From a bacterium (GTDB taxonomy: Bacteria > Zhuqueibacterota > Zhuqueibacteria > Residuimicrobiales > Krinioviventaceae): 64,000 nucleotides of DNA. The notes beneath the pieces were generated by a model that saw nothing but the letters and a program-made list of their open reading frames with translations, did not search any database and was not told the DNA's origin. Location of the stretch: the NCBI GenBank assembly GCA_963674595.2, contig CAXXFV010000023.1, positions 608,001 to 672,000 of the forward strand, in the 5' to 3' direction. Shown piece by piece: positions 19,456 through 29,100 of this stretch. Positions within the stretch are counted from its first letter, which is position 1. The number at the start of each line of letters is the position of its first letter. The position numbers and the translations under genes were made by a program.

Positions 19456-21054
19456 ATGCGAAAAATATTTTGGATTGTAATCGCGGTTTTGGCGCTATTG
19501 ACACCTGTCATATATTTTTATGGAATTGATCAGCTTGTTTTGGGTAGTGATGAGCTGCATCCTGCCCGGATTATAGTTGGTAACGACTGGAGCCTGACGC
19601 ACTATCCCTGGCCGAAAGAAGCTGTCCGCGAATATTATGACAACTGGCCGGTCCAGTTCCCCCCGTTATTCGGATTGTTGACCCGGGCCAGTGTTGTTGT
19701 TTTTGGAGCCGGGCATTTCGCACTTCGGTTTTTTCCTGCTTTATTTGCTTTATGTGCGCTTTTTGCAAGTTTTTTCCTGTTTCGAAAATTTATGAAACCG
19801 GAACTTGCCGCCATTGCCGGCCTTGTGATGGGCTGGAGTTCCGACATTATGATTGACTATGCCAAGTTTTTTAAACATTACACGGCAGATGTTTTGTGCG
19901 CCATTATTATTTTTATTCTGACGATTTCAATTATTAAATCAGGAAAATTGAAATACTGGGTTTTGCTGGCTTTGGTTTCTGCTACAAGTATCTGGCTGGC
20001 CTTTGCCTCTTTTTTCGCCATTGCCACCGCGTTCGGATTGATATTATTGCATCAATTTTTAATTAAAGATTTGAAAAATAAACAGTTCTGGCTCAAATAT
20101 GTATGTTCCGGTTTGTTTTTGTTTTGTTCTTTTATTGCCTTGTATTTTATTAATATAGCTAATGCCGTCAGCAATCCTGTGTTTTTAATGGATTGGGGAT
20201 ACCAAATTTTTAACTGGCAGCGAGCCGGTGATGCCATGTATTGGTTTATGTATTGGAAATATATTATCAGTCAAATTGTTTTAATGCCGGCCTATTTTTT
20301 CAAGATGTCGGTCGGAATCGGTATTGTCGCAAATATTTTAATACTGGTATGGGTGATACAGGCTTTTTTAAAAAAGGATTTTGAAAATCTGTTTTTGATG
20401 CTGACACCCATGCTGTTGTTGATCCTTGCTTCCTTTGCCGGAAAATACCCGTTTTATGCGTCAAGGTTATCACTCATATTGTTGCCATTATGGATTATTA
20501 TGATTTATAACGGCGCTGTTATTGTATTCGACAAACTGAAAAATGTAAAATTCGCCAAACCGGTTTTGGTCGCACTTCTCATTGTGCTTTTCCTTCATCC
20601 GGCCTATTCCAATGTGATAAAGGTGAAAACACTTGACTTTCCGAATCGTCGTCAGGTCGATCAGTTGATGTATGATTTAAAAGACCAGGTTCAGGACGGC
20701 GATACGGTTATGCTGCATTGGGGCGCTATTTTGGCTTTTTATTTTTATTTTACAGACCATCAATCCGGCTATCTGGAATATTATGCGACAAAAGACAATG
20801 CCGGAGAGATTACAATAATTTACGGTGAGGAACACAGATTACACCCGGAACTGAACCAGGTGTTTTTTGATCGTGTAAAGAGTGAATCGGGGCGTTTATG
20901 GGTTGTTTTTTGTCATCAGTGGCCGAATGATGATATGCTGCAATTAAAGGAGCAGTTGGATGCATCGCGGGAACAAATTTCATACATAAAACATAACGGC
21001 TGCCGTGCGTTTTTATATGGGCCGAATCAGGAATTGAATTACAATGAAAATTAG
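19456..21054 (+). CDS. GT-C membrane glycosyltransferase (PMT/ArnT-like)
   Basis: 'L-SDE', 'PPLF', 'ALRF-PAL', 'YA---K-Y--D', 'YPF--R' motifs, multi-TM, C-terminal soluble domain. Confidence 0.75.
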   Translation: MRKIFWIVIAVLALLTPVIYFYGIDQLVLGSDELHPARIIVGNDWSLTHYPWPKEAVREYYDNWPVQFPPLFGLLTRASVVVFGAGHFALRFFPALFALCALFASFFLFRKFMKPELAAIAGLVMGWSSDIMIDYAKFFKHYTADVLCAIIIFILTISIIKSGKLKYWVLLALVSATSIWLAFASFFAIATAFGLILLHQFLIKDLKNKQFWLKYVCSGLFLFCSFIALYFINIANAVSNPVFLMDWGYQIFNWQRAGDAMYWFMYWKYIISQIVLMPAYFFKMSVGIGIVANILILVWVIQAFLKKDFENLFLMLTPMLLLILASFAGKYPFYASRLSLILLPLWIIMIYNGAVIVFDKLKNVKFAKPVLVALLIVLFLHPAYSNVIKVKTLDFPNRRQVDQLMYDLKDQVQDGDTVMLHWGAILAFYFYFTDHQSGYLEYYATKDNAGEITIIYGEEHRLHPELNQVFFDRVKSESGRLWVVFCHQWPNDDMLQLKEQLDASREQISYIKHNGCRAFLYGPNQELNYNEN

Positions 21055-21070
21055 ATAGAGCGGAAAAGAA

Positions 21071-22192
21071 ATGTCAGAAGAAAAAAAAATAAACGTGCTG
21101 CAACTCGTTGAAGGGTTCAGTCTTGGCGGTGCTGAAAAAAAATTGTGGGAATTGATTGCGAAAATGGACCGCAGCAAATACCGAACAGTGGTTTGCAGCC
21201 TGGGTCTGGGAGACACCATTCAGGAATATTTTGAAAAACTGGATGTCAAGGTCGTGACCTTGACGCGAAAAAGCAAATTTGATCTTTCTCTTATCTGGAG
21301 ATTACGGGCGCTGATCCGCGAAGAAAAAATAGATGTAATAATGACGACGCTGTTTTATGCGGATTTTTTAGGTGCTTTGGTCGGTAAATGGGCCGGTGCC
21401 AAAGCGGTTTTTTCCTGGGAAACCATTTCTTCTCCCAAATGGCTGGTATGGCATCGATTATATTCCTATCGGGCTGCTATTAAACTGGCAGACCGGGTTA
21501 TTTCGGTTTCACAGGCCACAGCAGAGTGGTTGAGAGAAAAGCGCGGCGTTGCTGCCCGGCAAATTGAGGTTATTCCCTATGGAGTGGACCTTGATATGTT
21601 TCAAGCCAAACCGGAACCTGATTTAAAGCAGGAACTGGGCCTGAGCTCTGAACAGCCTGTTGTCGGCATGGTTGGCCGGTTAAATGAACAAAAAGGCCAC
21701 GTTTATTTGATTGATGCCGCTGAAATTGTTGTTAAAAAAGTGCCGAATGTCCGTTTTTTGCTGGTTGGTGACGGTCCGCTTCGTCAGGAACTGGAAGAAA
21801 AGGTCGCTTCCAAAGGATTGCAGGATAATTTTATTTTCCTGGGGTTTCGGCACGATGTTCCAAGGTTATTGCGAATTTTTGATATTTTTACATTGCCATC
21901 TTTATATGAAGGATTACCCAATGTGGTGCTTGAAGCAATGGCCGTGAACCTGCCTGTTGTTGCAACACCTGTTGACGGTACCAAGGAAGCGGTCGTCCAG
22001 GATGAGACAGGTTTACTGATACCGGAAAAAAATCCCGGGGCATTAGCCGATGCTTTGATTGAACTTTTGACGGACAAAGAAAAGGCTGTAGAGATGGGAA
22101 ACAATGGAAGAAGGCGTGTTGAACAAGAGTTTTCTTTGCAGAAACAGGTTTCAAGTTTTGAAGATATTTATGCCGAATGGGCAAAAAAATAG
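21071..22192 (+). CDS. GT4 glycosyltransferase
   Basis: 'GGAE', 'VGRL--QKGH', 'GDGPLR', 'LPS-YEGLP-V-LEAMA'. Confidence 0.92.
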   Translation: MSEEKKINVLQLVEGFSLGGAEKKLWELIAKMDRSKYRTVVCSLGLGDTIQEYFEKLDVKVVTLTRKSKFDLSLIWRLRALIREEKIDVIMTTLFYADFLGALVGKWAGAKAVFSWETISSPKWLVWHRLYSYRAAIKLADRVISVSQATAEWLREKRGVAARQIEVIPYGVDLDMFQAKPEPDLKQELGLSSEQPVVGMVGRLNEQKGHVYLIDAAEIVVKKVPNVRFLLVGDGPLRQELEEKVASKGLQDNFIFLGFRHDVPRLLRIFDIFTLPSLYEGLPNVVLEAMAVNLPVVATPVDGTKEAVVQDETGLLIPEKNPGALADALIELLTDKEKAVEMGNNGRRRVEQEFSLQKQVSSFEDIYAEWAKK

Positions 22193-22220
22193 ATTTTAAA
22201 TTTAGTGTGGATATAATAAT

Positions 22221-23447
22221 ATGAAAATTTTAATGGTTCATAAATTTTACTATGTTGAAGGCGGCGCCGAACGTTACGTATTTAATTTAACACATTTGCT
22301 TGAAAAAAAAGGACATACTGTTATTCCGTTTGCCATGAAGCATGAAAAGAATTTTGAAACAGAATATGCCGATTATTTTGCCGATACATTGCAGGTTGAT
22401 CAGGTTAAATCCGGTTTTGGTTTATCGGACAGAATTTCATCAATAAAACAATTTATTTATAATAAAAATGCGCAGGTGCAGTTGGCCCGGTTGATTAAAG
22501 ATACAAAACCGGACATTGCCCATGTTCACAGCATTTATCATCATCTTTCACCGTCGGTTTTGGACACGTTAAAAGAGTATAATTTGCCGGTAATTCAAAC
22601 GCTGCATGATTATAAGCTGGTGTGTCCGAATTATATATTTTTAAACGGCCGGGGAGAGAATTGTGAAAAATGTAAAGGCAGGGCCTACTGGCACGCCGTT
22701 ACAAACAAGTGTTTCCATAAATCTTACTCTGCCAGCGCTCTTATCGCTGCGGAGGGGTATTATCACCGGTTTGCAAATACCTATAAAAAGAATATTGATT
22801 TGTTTACATCCCCCAGCCGGTTTTTAGGTGACAAGGTTGTCAAGTACGGCTTTCCAAAGGAAAAAATGATATTTTTCCCCTATACCCTGCCTTTAGAGGA
22901 TTATGTGCCGAATTATGATTATGATGATTCTGCCATATTTATGGGCAGGCTGACCCGTGAAAAGGGTGTCTGGTCGCTTTTGCAGGCCATGCAAGAATGC
23001 CGTGAATTGAATTTGAAAATCGCCGGAACCGGTCCTATCGAAAATGAACTAAAAGACTATGTCCGTAAAAATAATATGTCCAATGTTAAATTTCTTGGAT
23101 ACCTGAATGAAAAAGAGTTGAAAAAAGTTGTAGCACAATCCCGTTTTACAATTGTCCCTTCAATTTGGCACGATAATTCGCCATTGGTTATATATGAATC
23201 CATGGCGTTGGGAAAACCTGTTCTGGGCGCTAAAAGCGGCGGTATTCCGGAATTGGTTGATAATGGAAAAACCGGGTATATTTTTGAACCCGGCAATGTA
23301 CCGGATTTGGTTGAAAAAATACGTAAAATTAATAATGATGGTACGTTGAAAGAAATGAGTTATTCGGCACGTAAAAGGGCCGAGGAGAATTATGCTCCTG
23401 AGGTACATTATCCGCAGGTAATAAAGTTGTATGAAATGATAAAATAA
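22221..23447 (+). CDS. GT4 glycosyltransferase (with CxxC insert)
   Basis: 'GGAE', 'TLHDY-L-CP', 'CEKC', 'GRL--EKG', 'PS-W-DN-P-V-YE'. Confidence 0.9.
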   Translation: MKILMVHKFYYVEGGAERYVFNLTHLLEKKGHTVIPFAMKHEKNFETEYADYFADTLQVDQVKSGFGLSDRISSIKQFIYNKNAQVQLARLIKDTKPDIAHVHSIYHHLSPSVLDTLKEYNLPVIQTLHDYKLVCPNYIFLNGRGENCEKCKGRAYWHAVTNKCFHKSYSASALIAAEGYYHRFANTYKKNIDLFTSPSRFLGDKVVKYGFPKEKMIFFPYTLPLEDYVPNYDYDDSAIFMGRLTREKGVWSLLQAMQECRELNLKIAGTGPIENELKDYVRKNNMSNVKFLGYLNEKELKKVVAQSRFTIVPSIWHDNSPLVIYESMALGKPVLGAKSGGIPELVDNGKTGYIFEPGNVPDLVEKIRKINNDGTLKEMSYSARKRAEENYAPEVHYPQVIKLYEMIK

Positions 23448-23681
23448 TTCGGATTCTTGTTGAAATTTTAATTTTTATATATTATATTCTTAAAATCGTA
23501 TAAAATATAAATAATTCGTTTTTATTTGATTTTATACATAAAATTACTGCCAAGAGCTATTGTTTCGAAGAGAGGAAAAGCATCGTATAACCAATTTTAT
23601 TGGTTTTTGTCAGGCAGCATACTCGAAATTGTAGTATCCTCATTCATTTTTCCCAATTATCGAAATTTTTCTCTCAGCATC

Positions 23682-23697
23682 TGGCATAGTGTTTGCG
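23682..23697 (+). promoter_or_regulatory. sigma54 (-24/-12) promoter upstream of giant surface-protein gene
   Basis: TGGCATAGTGTTTGCG matches TGGCAC-N5-TTGC spacing (GG and GC 12 nt apart), in a 400-bp intergenic region. Confidence 0.65.
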
Positions 23698-23848
23698 TTT
23701 TTACGGCGCATAATATAGAGAACTCTTGTTTTTTATGGAGTAATAACCAGTTGTTTTATGAGCAAATACAAATCTGCTGTATCCGGTACAAACAGTTGTT
23801 TTGTTCTGAAACAGAACTATGTATCAATTGATCGGGAGGATAAAAGGC

Positions 23849-25060
23849 ATGATGATCCGAAATCCTTTTATAAAACTTTTTCCCCTTATACTTATCAGTA
23901 TAATGATTCTGTTTACAGTCGGCGTACAAGCCGCTACAGATACTTTTGAGCGTGCAGACGGCGCCTTGGGGAGCAGCTGGCAAGCATCGCCTGAACTTGT
24001 TGTCCAAAGTGGCAATTTTCATAATTCGGGTCCTGACAACAGTTGGAAATACACGGCTGTTTATAATCAGGAATCAGATCCGAACAGGGTTGAAATGCAG
24101 CTTGCCGGTTCAACGGACGGCTGTGATACCAACGGCGCCGGCCTTGTTGGTATTGCCTATTTAAACGCCTTGTCTGCGACGGCGGACGGCTATTTTATTC
24201 ATTATCGCGTTGTAGCGAATGAATACCGTCTTTATGTACGTAAAGATCAGGCTCTTGCGCTGGTTAATACACTTGCAAGCAGCGGTACAGCTTTAACGCC
24301 AGGTTCTACATTGCGTGTGGATTTTGACAAAAACAATTTTACTTTTGATGTTTATGTTGACGGAACATCGGTTGGTACATTACAGGATGCCGCTCATTCT
24401 GGGCGTGGCATTACCTGGTCCACCCATTATGCGGGTATTATATCGTTTGGTAATGGACAATTAAACGATGTTGAAAGTTTTTCCGCAAGTTATGTCATAC
24501 CGAGCACGGATGTTACGCCCCCTGCAACAATTTCCGATCTGTCTGCAACTGCAATGTCCTCTTCTATCGTTAAGCTGGCATGGACGGCTACAGGTGATGA
24601 CGGCACAGGCGGCACAGCGAGTGAATATGATATCCGCTATTCAACAAGCACCATAACATCTTCTAATTTTAACGCTGCAACAAAAGTAACATCTGTTACG
24701 GCCCCGAAAATCTCCGGTTTGGATGAGGCGATTAATGTTTCGGGATTAGCTGCTTCTACGTTATATTATTTTGCCATTAAAGCGAGGGATGAGGCTTATA
24801 ACTGGTCGAACATTTCTAATGTTCCTTCGGCAACAACAGCAGAAGGAACAACGCCGACAGGTTCATACAAATCCATTACGGATGATTTTGAGCGTACGGA
24901 CCTGGGGCCGGATTGGAATGCAACATCTGCTATGCTAATTGATAACGGCAAGTTGTATCATACTAAAGACAACAGCACTTGGAATAATTATGCGGTTTAT
25001 ACCGCAAAAAAACAGTCCAAAAGCGATCGCCTATCGCTATGCAGCGACTTTGGGAACTGA
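23849..25060 (+). CDS. Giant surface protein, fragment 1 (signal peptide, beta-sandwich, FN3)
   Basis: 'TDTFERADG-LG--W', FN3 'DVTPPATISDL...LAWTATGDDG--G-A--YDIRYS...YYFAIKA-DE--NWS-ISN'. Confidence 0.7.
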   Translation: MMIRNPFIKLFPLILISIMILFTVGVQAATDTFERADGALGSSWQASPELVVQSGNFHNSGPDNSWKYTAVYNQESDPNRVEMQLAGSTDGCDTNGAGLVGIAYLNALSATADGYFIHYRVVANEYRLYVRKDQALALVNTLASSGTALTPGSTLRVDFDKNNFTFDVYVDGTSVGTLQDAAHSGRGITWSTHYAGIISFGNGQLNDVESFSASYVIPSTDVTPPATISDLSATAMSSSIVKLAWTATGDDGTGGTASEYDIRYSTSTITSSNFNAATKVTSVTAPKISGLDEAINVSGLAASTLYYFAIKARDEAYNWSNISNVPSATTAEGTTPTGSYKSITDDFERTDLGPDWNATSAMLIDNGKLYHTKDNSTWNNYAVYTAKKQSKSDRLSLCSDFGN

Positions 25061-26141
25061 TGGTGCCATAACGGCCGGACATGCCGTTCTTTTGGACAAT
25101 ACCGATCCATCGATAATGAACGGTTATATGATTTTAAGAAGAAGTTCCGTTCTAAGTTTATTTGAAATTAACAACGGTGGATATGGTGCAAAGTTAAAAG
25201 AGGTCACTGGGGCACTTAACCAACCTATAGCTGGTGATGAGGTTAAAGTAGAGATTACGGTTGATGAGGCAACAAACGACCAGACCTTTGATTTTTATAT
25301 TAATGATATTTTTGATGCCCAGATTGTAATGCCTGCGGCGTCTTATAATCCTGGAACTACCTGGTATTCCGGTATTGTTCAGCATAGCGCTTATGATAAT
25401 TGGATTGAAGATTTTACGTTTTTCTATGAAGGCAGCGGCGGTCCGGAATCAATCAGTGCTTATTCCGGTGGCGACCAGTCCGGTCCCATTCAGCAGCAAT
25501 TACCCAATCCTGTGGTTGTGCAGGTGCTGGATGCTGCCGGTGAACCCTATGAAGGTGCTTTGCTTGATTTTCAGATTGCACAGGGAACTGCCCGTTTGGA
25601 TGATTTGGAAGATTTTGCGTTTGACGGCTATATTTGGCGGGAAGCTGAGAGTGGTAATATTCTTCATGCAGCCGCTAAAGTTCAGGAGGATGAAAATGCC
25701 TCCAACGGTGAATATATCTATCTGGATTATATTGCGGGAACACGAGAGAAAAGGATGTTTGAAATTCCGTTTTATGTCCCTGAAAATCTGAATTATAATA
25801 TTTATATGCGTTATAAAACAAATGATAAAGATGATTTTTATGCCGGTATAGATAATGGTGATTCAACGCATGTAACATTGACCAATAAAAATAATGTATG
25901 GACCTGGCAGAAAGTTTTGAATAAAACACTAACCAAAGGTTTACACACTTTTAATTACATTCTTTGGGAACCCTATATCAGCGTCGATAAAATTTTGATT
26001 GTTGATAATACTAAAACCGTTAATTTAGGCTCCAGTCAGGGAGGTTCCGGGCCTGATTTTCCAAATGTTACGGATTGCCGATGGATTTGCATCCACGCAT
26101 GTTACATTTGGAACAGATGCGGATACAAATGTTGTCATTAG
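24939..26141 (+). CDS. Giant surface protein, fragment 2 (beta-sandwich C-part, Big-1 start, CBM-like insert)
   Basis: Continues fragment 1 after the A7 run. 'SGGDQSG-----LP-P-VV-V-D' starts a Big-1 repeat; 'W-EAE-G...AS-G-Y' is a CBM-like module. Confidence 0.65.
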   Translation: MITASCIILKTTALGIIMRFIPQKNSPKAIAYRYAATLGTDGAITAGHAVLLDNTDPSIMNGYMILRRSSVLSLFEINNGGYGAKLKEVTGALNQPIAGDEVKVEITVDEATNDQTFDFYINDIFDAQIVMPAASYNPGTTWYSGIVQHSAYDNWIEDFTFFYEGSGGPESISAYSGGDQSGPIQQQLPNPVVVQVLDAAGEPYEGALLDFQIAQGTARLDDLEDFAFDGYIWREAESGNILHAAAKVQEDENASNGEYIYLDYIAGTREKRMFEIPFYVPENLNYNIYMRYKTNDKDDFYAGIDNGDSTHVTLTNKNNVWTWQKVLNKTLTKGLHTFNYILWEPYISVDKILIVDNTKTVNLGSSQGGSGPDFPNVTDCRWICIHACYIWNRCGYKCCH

Positions 26142-29100
26142 TGTCAGCGGTACAAAAAGTGACGGCTCTGATTTGGAAGGATCACCGGCTGTTTTTACGT
26201 TGGATCCGACGGCCGGAAACGCCTATTCTATGGGCGAAGCCTATACAACAAGCGCGTCCCCGGGTTCAGACCATGAATTGTTTGTAACGATTAAAGATAG
26301 TTACGGTAACCTTAAGGATGGTATAACAACCAATTGGAATATTACACAAGGACTGGGTAGTTTATCCGCCGCACAAACAGTGTCTGATGAAAATGGGCAG
26401 GCCAAGGTTGTTTTAACACTTTCAAGAACACAATCAACACCTTACATCGTGCAGGCCAGTGTTAGTGGTTTGATCGGGTCACCTGTTAATATTACTATTA
26501 ATCCGTCAGAGCCTGCAAAATACATTCAGAGAATTTCACCTGTTACCGCACAACAGGGAACGGCCCGTTCTACCCTGGACAGCCTGGTTGTAGTGAGGGT
26601 GTTGAAAGAAGATGCAATAACTCCATTTGAAAGCTTTCCGATTGATTTTAGTATTATTCGTGGAACCGGAAAATTATGGGAAAACACCATTGCAGATACC
26701 AGTGAAACAAAAACAATTTCTACAGATGCAGACGGGTATGCAGAGGTCCATTGGCTTCTTGGCGGTCTTGGGCAAAATGAAGTCCAGGCATTTGGCCAAT
26801 TTTTGACAGGGACTCCTGAAGGAACCACAAACCCGATTGTATTCAGCGCTGAAGCAAGTGAAGGTGTGCCGTCGATCCTTACCATAGTTTCCGGTGATAA
26901 TCAAACAGACGGGTATGTCGGGTTGCCGGTTGATCCTTTTGTGGTAAAATTGACTGATGACAATGGATTTGCCATTCCATCTTATCCAATTCGATTTGAT
27001 GTTATTGACGGAGTTGGAGGTTATCTGGGACATGCCGACAGCACCAGCCGCACGATTTATACAAATTCTTTAGGTCAGGCAAGTGTTACATTGACACTGG
27101 GTTGTGAACTTAATGAAGTACATCGTGTCAGGGCAACAGCTTTAGAAACCGGAATTGCGCCTGTTACATTCAGTGCCACACCGACAGGTGTTGCCGCCAG
27201 TAATATTGAATACGTTTCCGGAAATAATGTAAACGGCGCATACCAGGAAGCGACTGTTACAAATCCATTGGAACAACCCTTTGTGGTTCGTGTTTTTAAT
27301 GCTGTTTGTAATCAACCTGTAGCAGGCCAATCCGTTAAATTTACAGTTGCTCAGGGAAATGGAAATTTTAATAATCAAAATAGTGTTAGCGTAGTCTCCG
27401 ATGCAGATGGTCTTGCTTCTGCTACATTAACATTGGGGACACAGGCTGGTGACAGTGTATATGTTGTAAATGTGACCTCTAATTTGGTAAACACACCAAC
27501 ACAACAGTTGGCAGGTTCGCCTGTTGTTTTTAAAGCTTCAGGAATTGCAAAAACGCCGGTCAGCATGTCAAAAGATGCAACAACGGACCAACAGGTTGCT
27601 GTTGTAGGTCAGGCTTTGCCTAATGCCGTTCGGGTTAAAGTTTCTGATGAACATGGAAACGGTATACAGAACCATCCGGTAACTTTTACTGTTACGGGTA
27701 ATGGCGGCGCTTTAGTAGATAATATGGGATCAGACCAGATTAAGGAAGTTTTGACCGGAAGCGACGGATATGCATCCATCGTTTGGCAGATGCCTGAAAA
27801 ACCTGGTTTTGTCCAGTTAACGGCAGCCGGTAAAAAGGCGGACAATACTGCTTTGACAAACAGTCCGTTAACTTTTACTGCTTTTGCAGACACCGGTGCT
27901 GCCAATATAATGGAAAAAGCTATTCCGGGTGACCCCGAACTTGTTGGTGTCGCCGGTAAAGCACTTTCACAAAAAGTAAGAGTAAAAATATCTGATAAAT
28001 TTGGTAATGCCGTTAAACATGGCTATCCGGTTACTTTTACCGTAATGGACGGCGGCGGTCGTGTAAATAGTGCGACACAGGTTACCGTACAAACGGCTGA
28101 CTCCGGATATGCTTCCGTAACATGGGTAATGGGAACAGCAAGCGGATATGAAAGCAATGTATTAAAGGCCAACGCCAGTGTTGCTAACAATCCGGAACTG
28201 GAATTTAAAGCAACCGTTGTTGCGGATATTGCCGCTATTATGTCCCCTCAACCTATTTCAGATGAGTTTGTTAAAGCCGGTAATTTACTCTCGGATCCGG
28301 TAAGTGTCAAGATTACCGATCAATACGGTAATGGTATTAACAAATTTCCGGTATTATTTCAAGTTGTTGATGTTGACGGAAATATGGGATATCTTGAGGT
28401 TCAAGGTCAAACGAGTTATACCGACTCGACCGATGAAAATGGAATTGCTCAGGTTAATTGGGGCATGGGACCCAATGTCGGGTTGAATATCAACAAACTT
28501 AGAGTTGTAGCCCAGAGAAATGGTATTGATCTTGAAAATTCTCCCTATGAGGGTTATCTGGTTTCTACCAGTGTTGGTGATCCTGACAGTTTGATCAAAA
28601 TAACCGATGAACCTTTAGAATCCGTAGTAGGTAATACCGTTACACTCAGTGTCAAAGTTACAGATGCTTTCGGTAATCCTCGCGCTGCTCAACCTGTTGA
28701 ATTTAAAGTGTTGAGTGCCACAACGGCAGGTGGTGGTTATTTTGATGGTGATGAAGAGAAAATCGAAATTACCAAAAATTCCGATTCTAACGGACATGTT
28801 ACCGTACAGTTTACACTTGGAAACCTGGCCGGAGTTAATATAAATAAAGTCCAGATTTCATCAGCCTATAATGGTGAACCCCTTAATGGTTCACCGGCCC
28901 TGTATGAAATTTCAGCAAAATCCACAAATGCCACACGAATTGCCATTGAAGATGGTGACGATCAAAACGGCACTGTTGGAAAATTTGTTGATGAAATGTT
29001 AAAAGTTGTTGCTTATGACCGGGATGGAAACCGGGTTACGCAACCGCAACCAATTCGTTTCCAAATTGTTGACGGCGAAACAAAAGGTGGAGCGTTGGGT

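Noticed and set aside
23700-23848. Possible c-di-GMP riboswitch in the giant-gene leader
   Set aside because: The GEMM-type consensus (GGCAAA..GAAA..GACGCAAAGC) is not present. Only a small hairpin and a 10-nt repeat are seen.
23526-23949. ORFs 23526-23831 and 23758-23949 upstream of the giant gene
   Set aside because: They overlap the sigma54 promoter and the real gene start, with no convincing RBS or protein-like features.
25001-25015. Programmed -1 ribosomal frameshift at the A-rich 'A AAA AAC'-like site in the giant gene
   Set aside because: Joining the ORFs needs removal of one base (+1 shift), not -1. The second break (TT at 26075) is not a slippery sequence.
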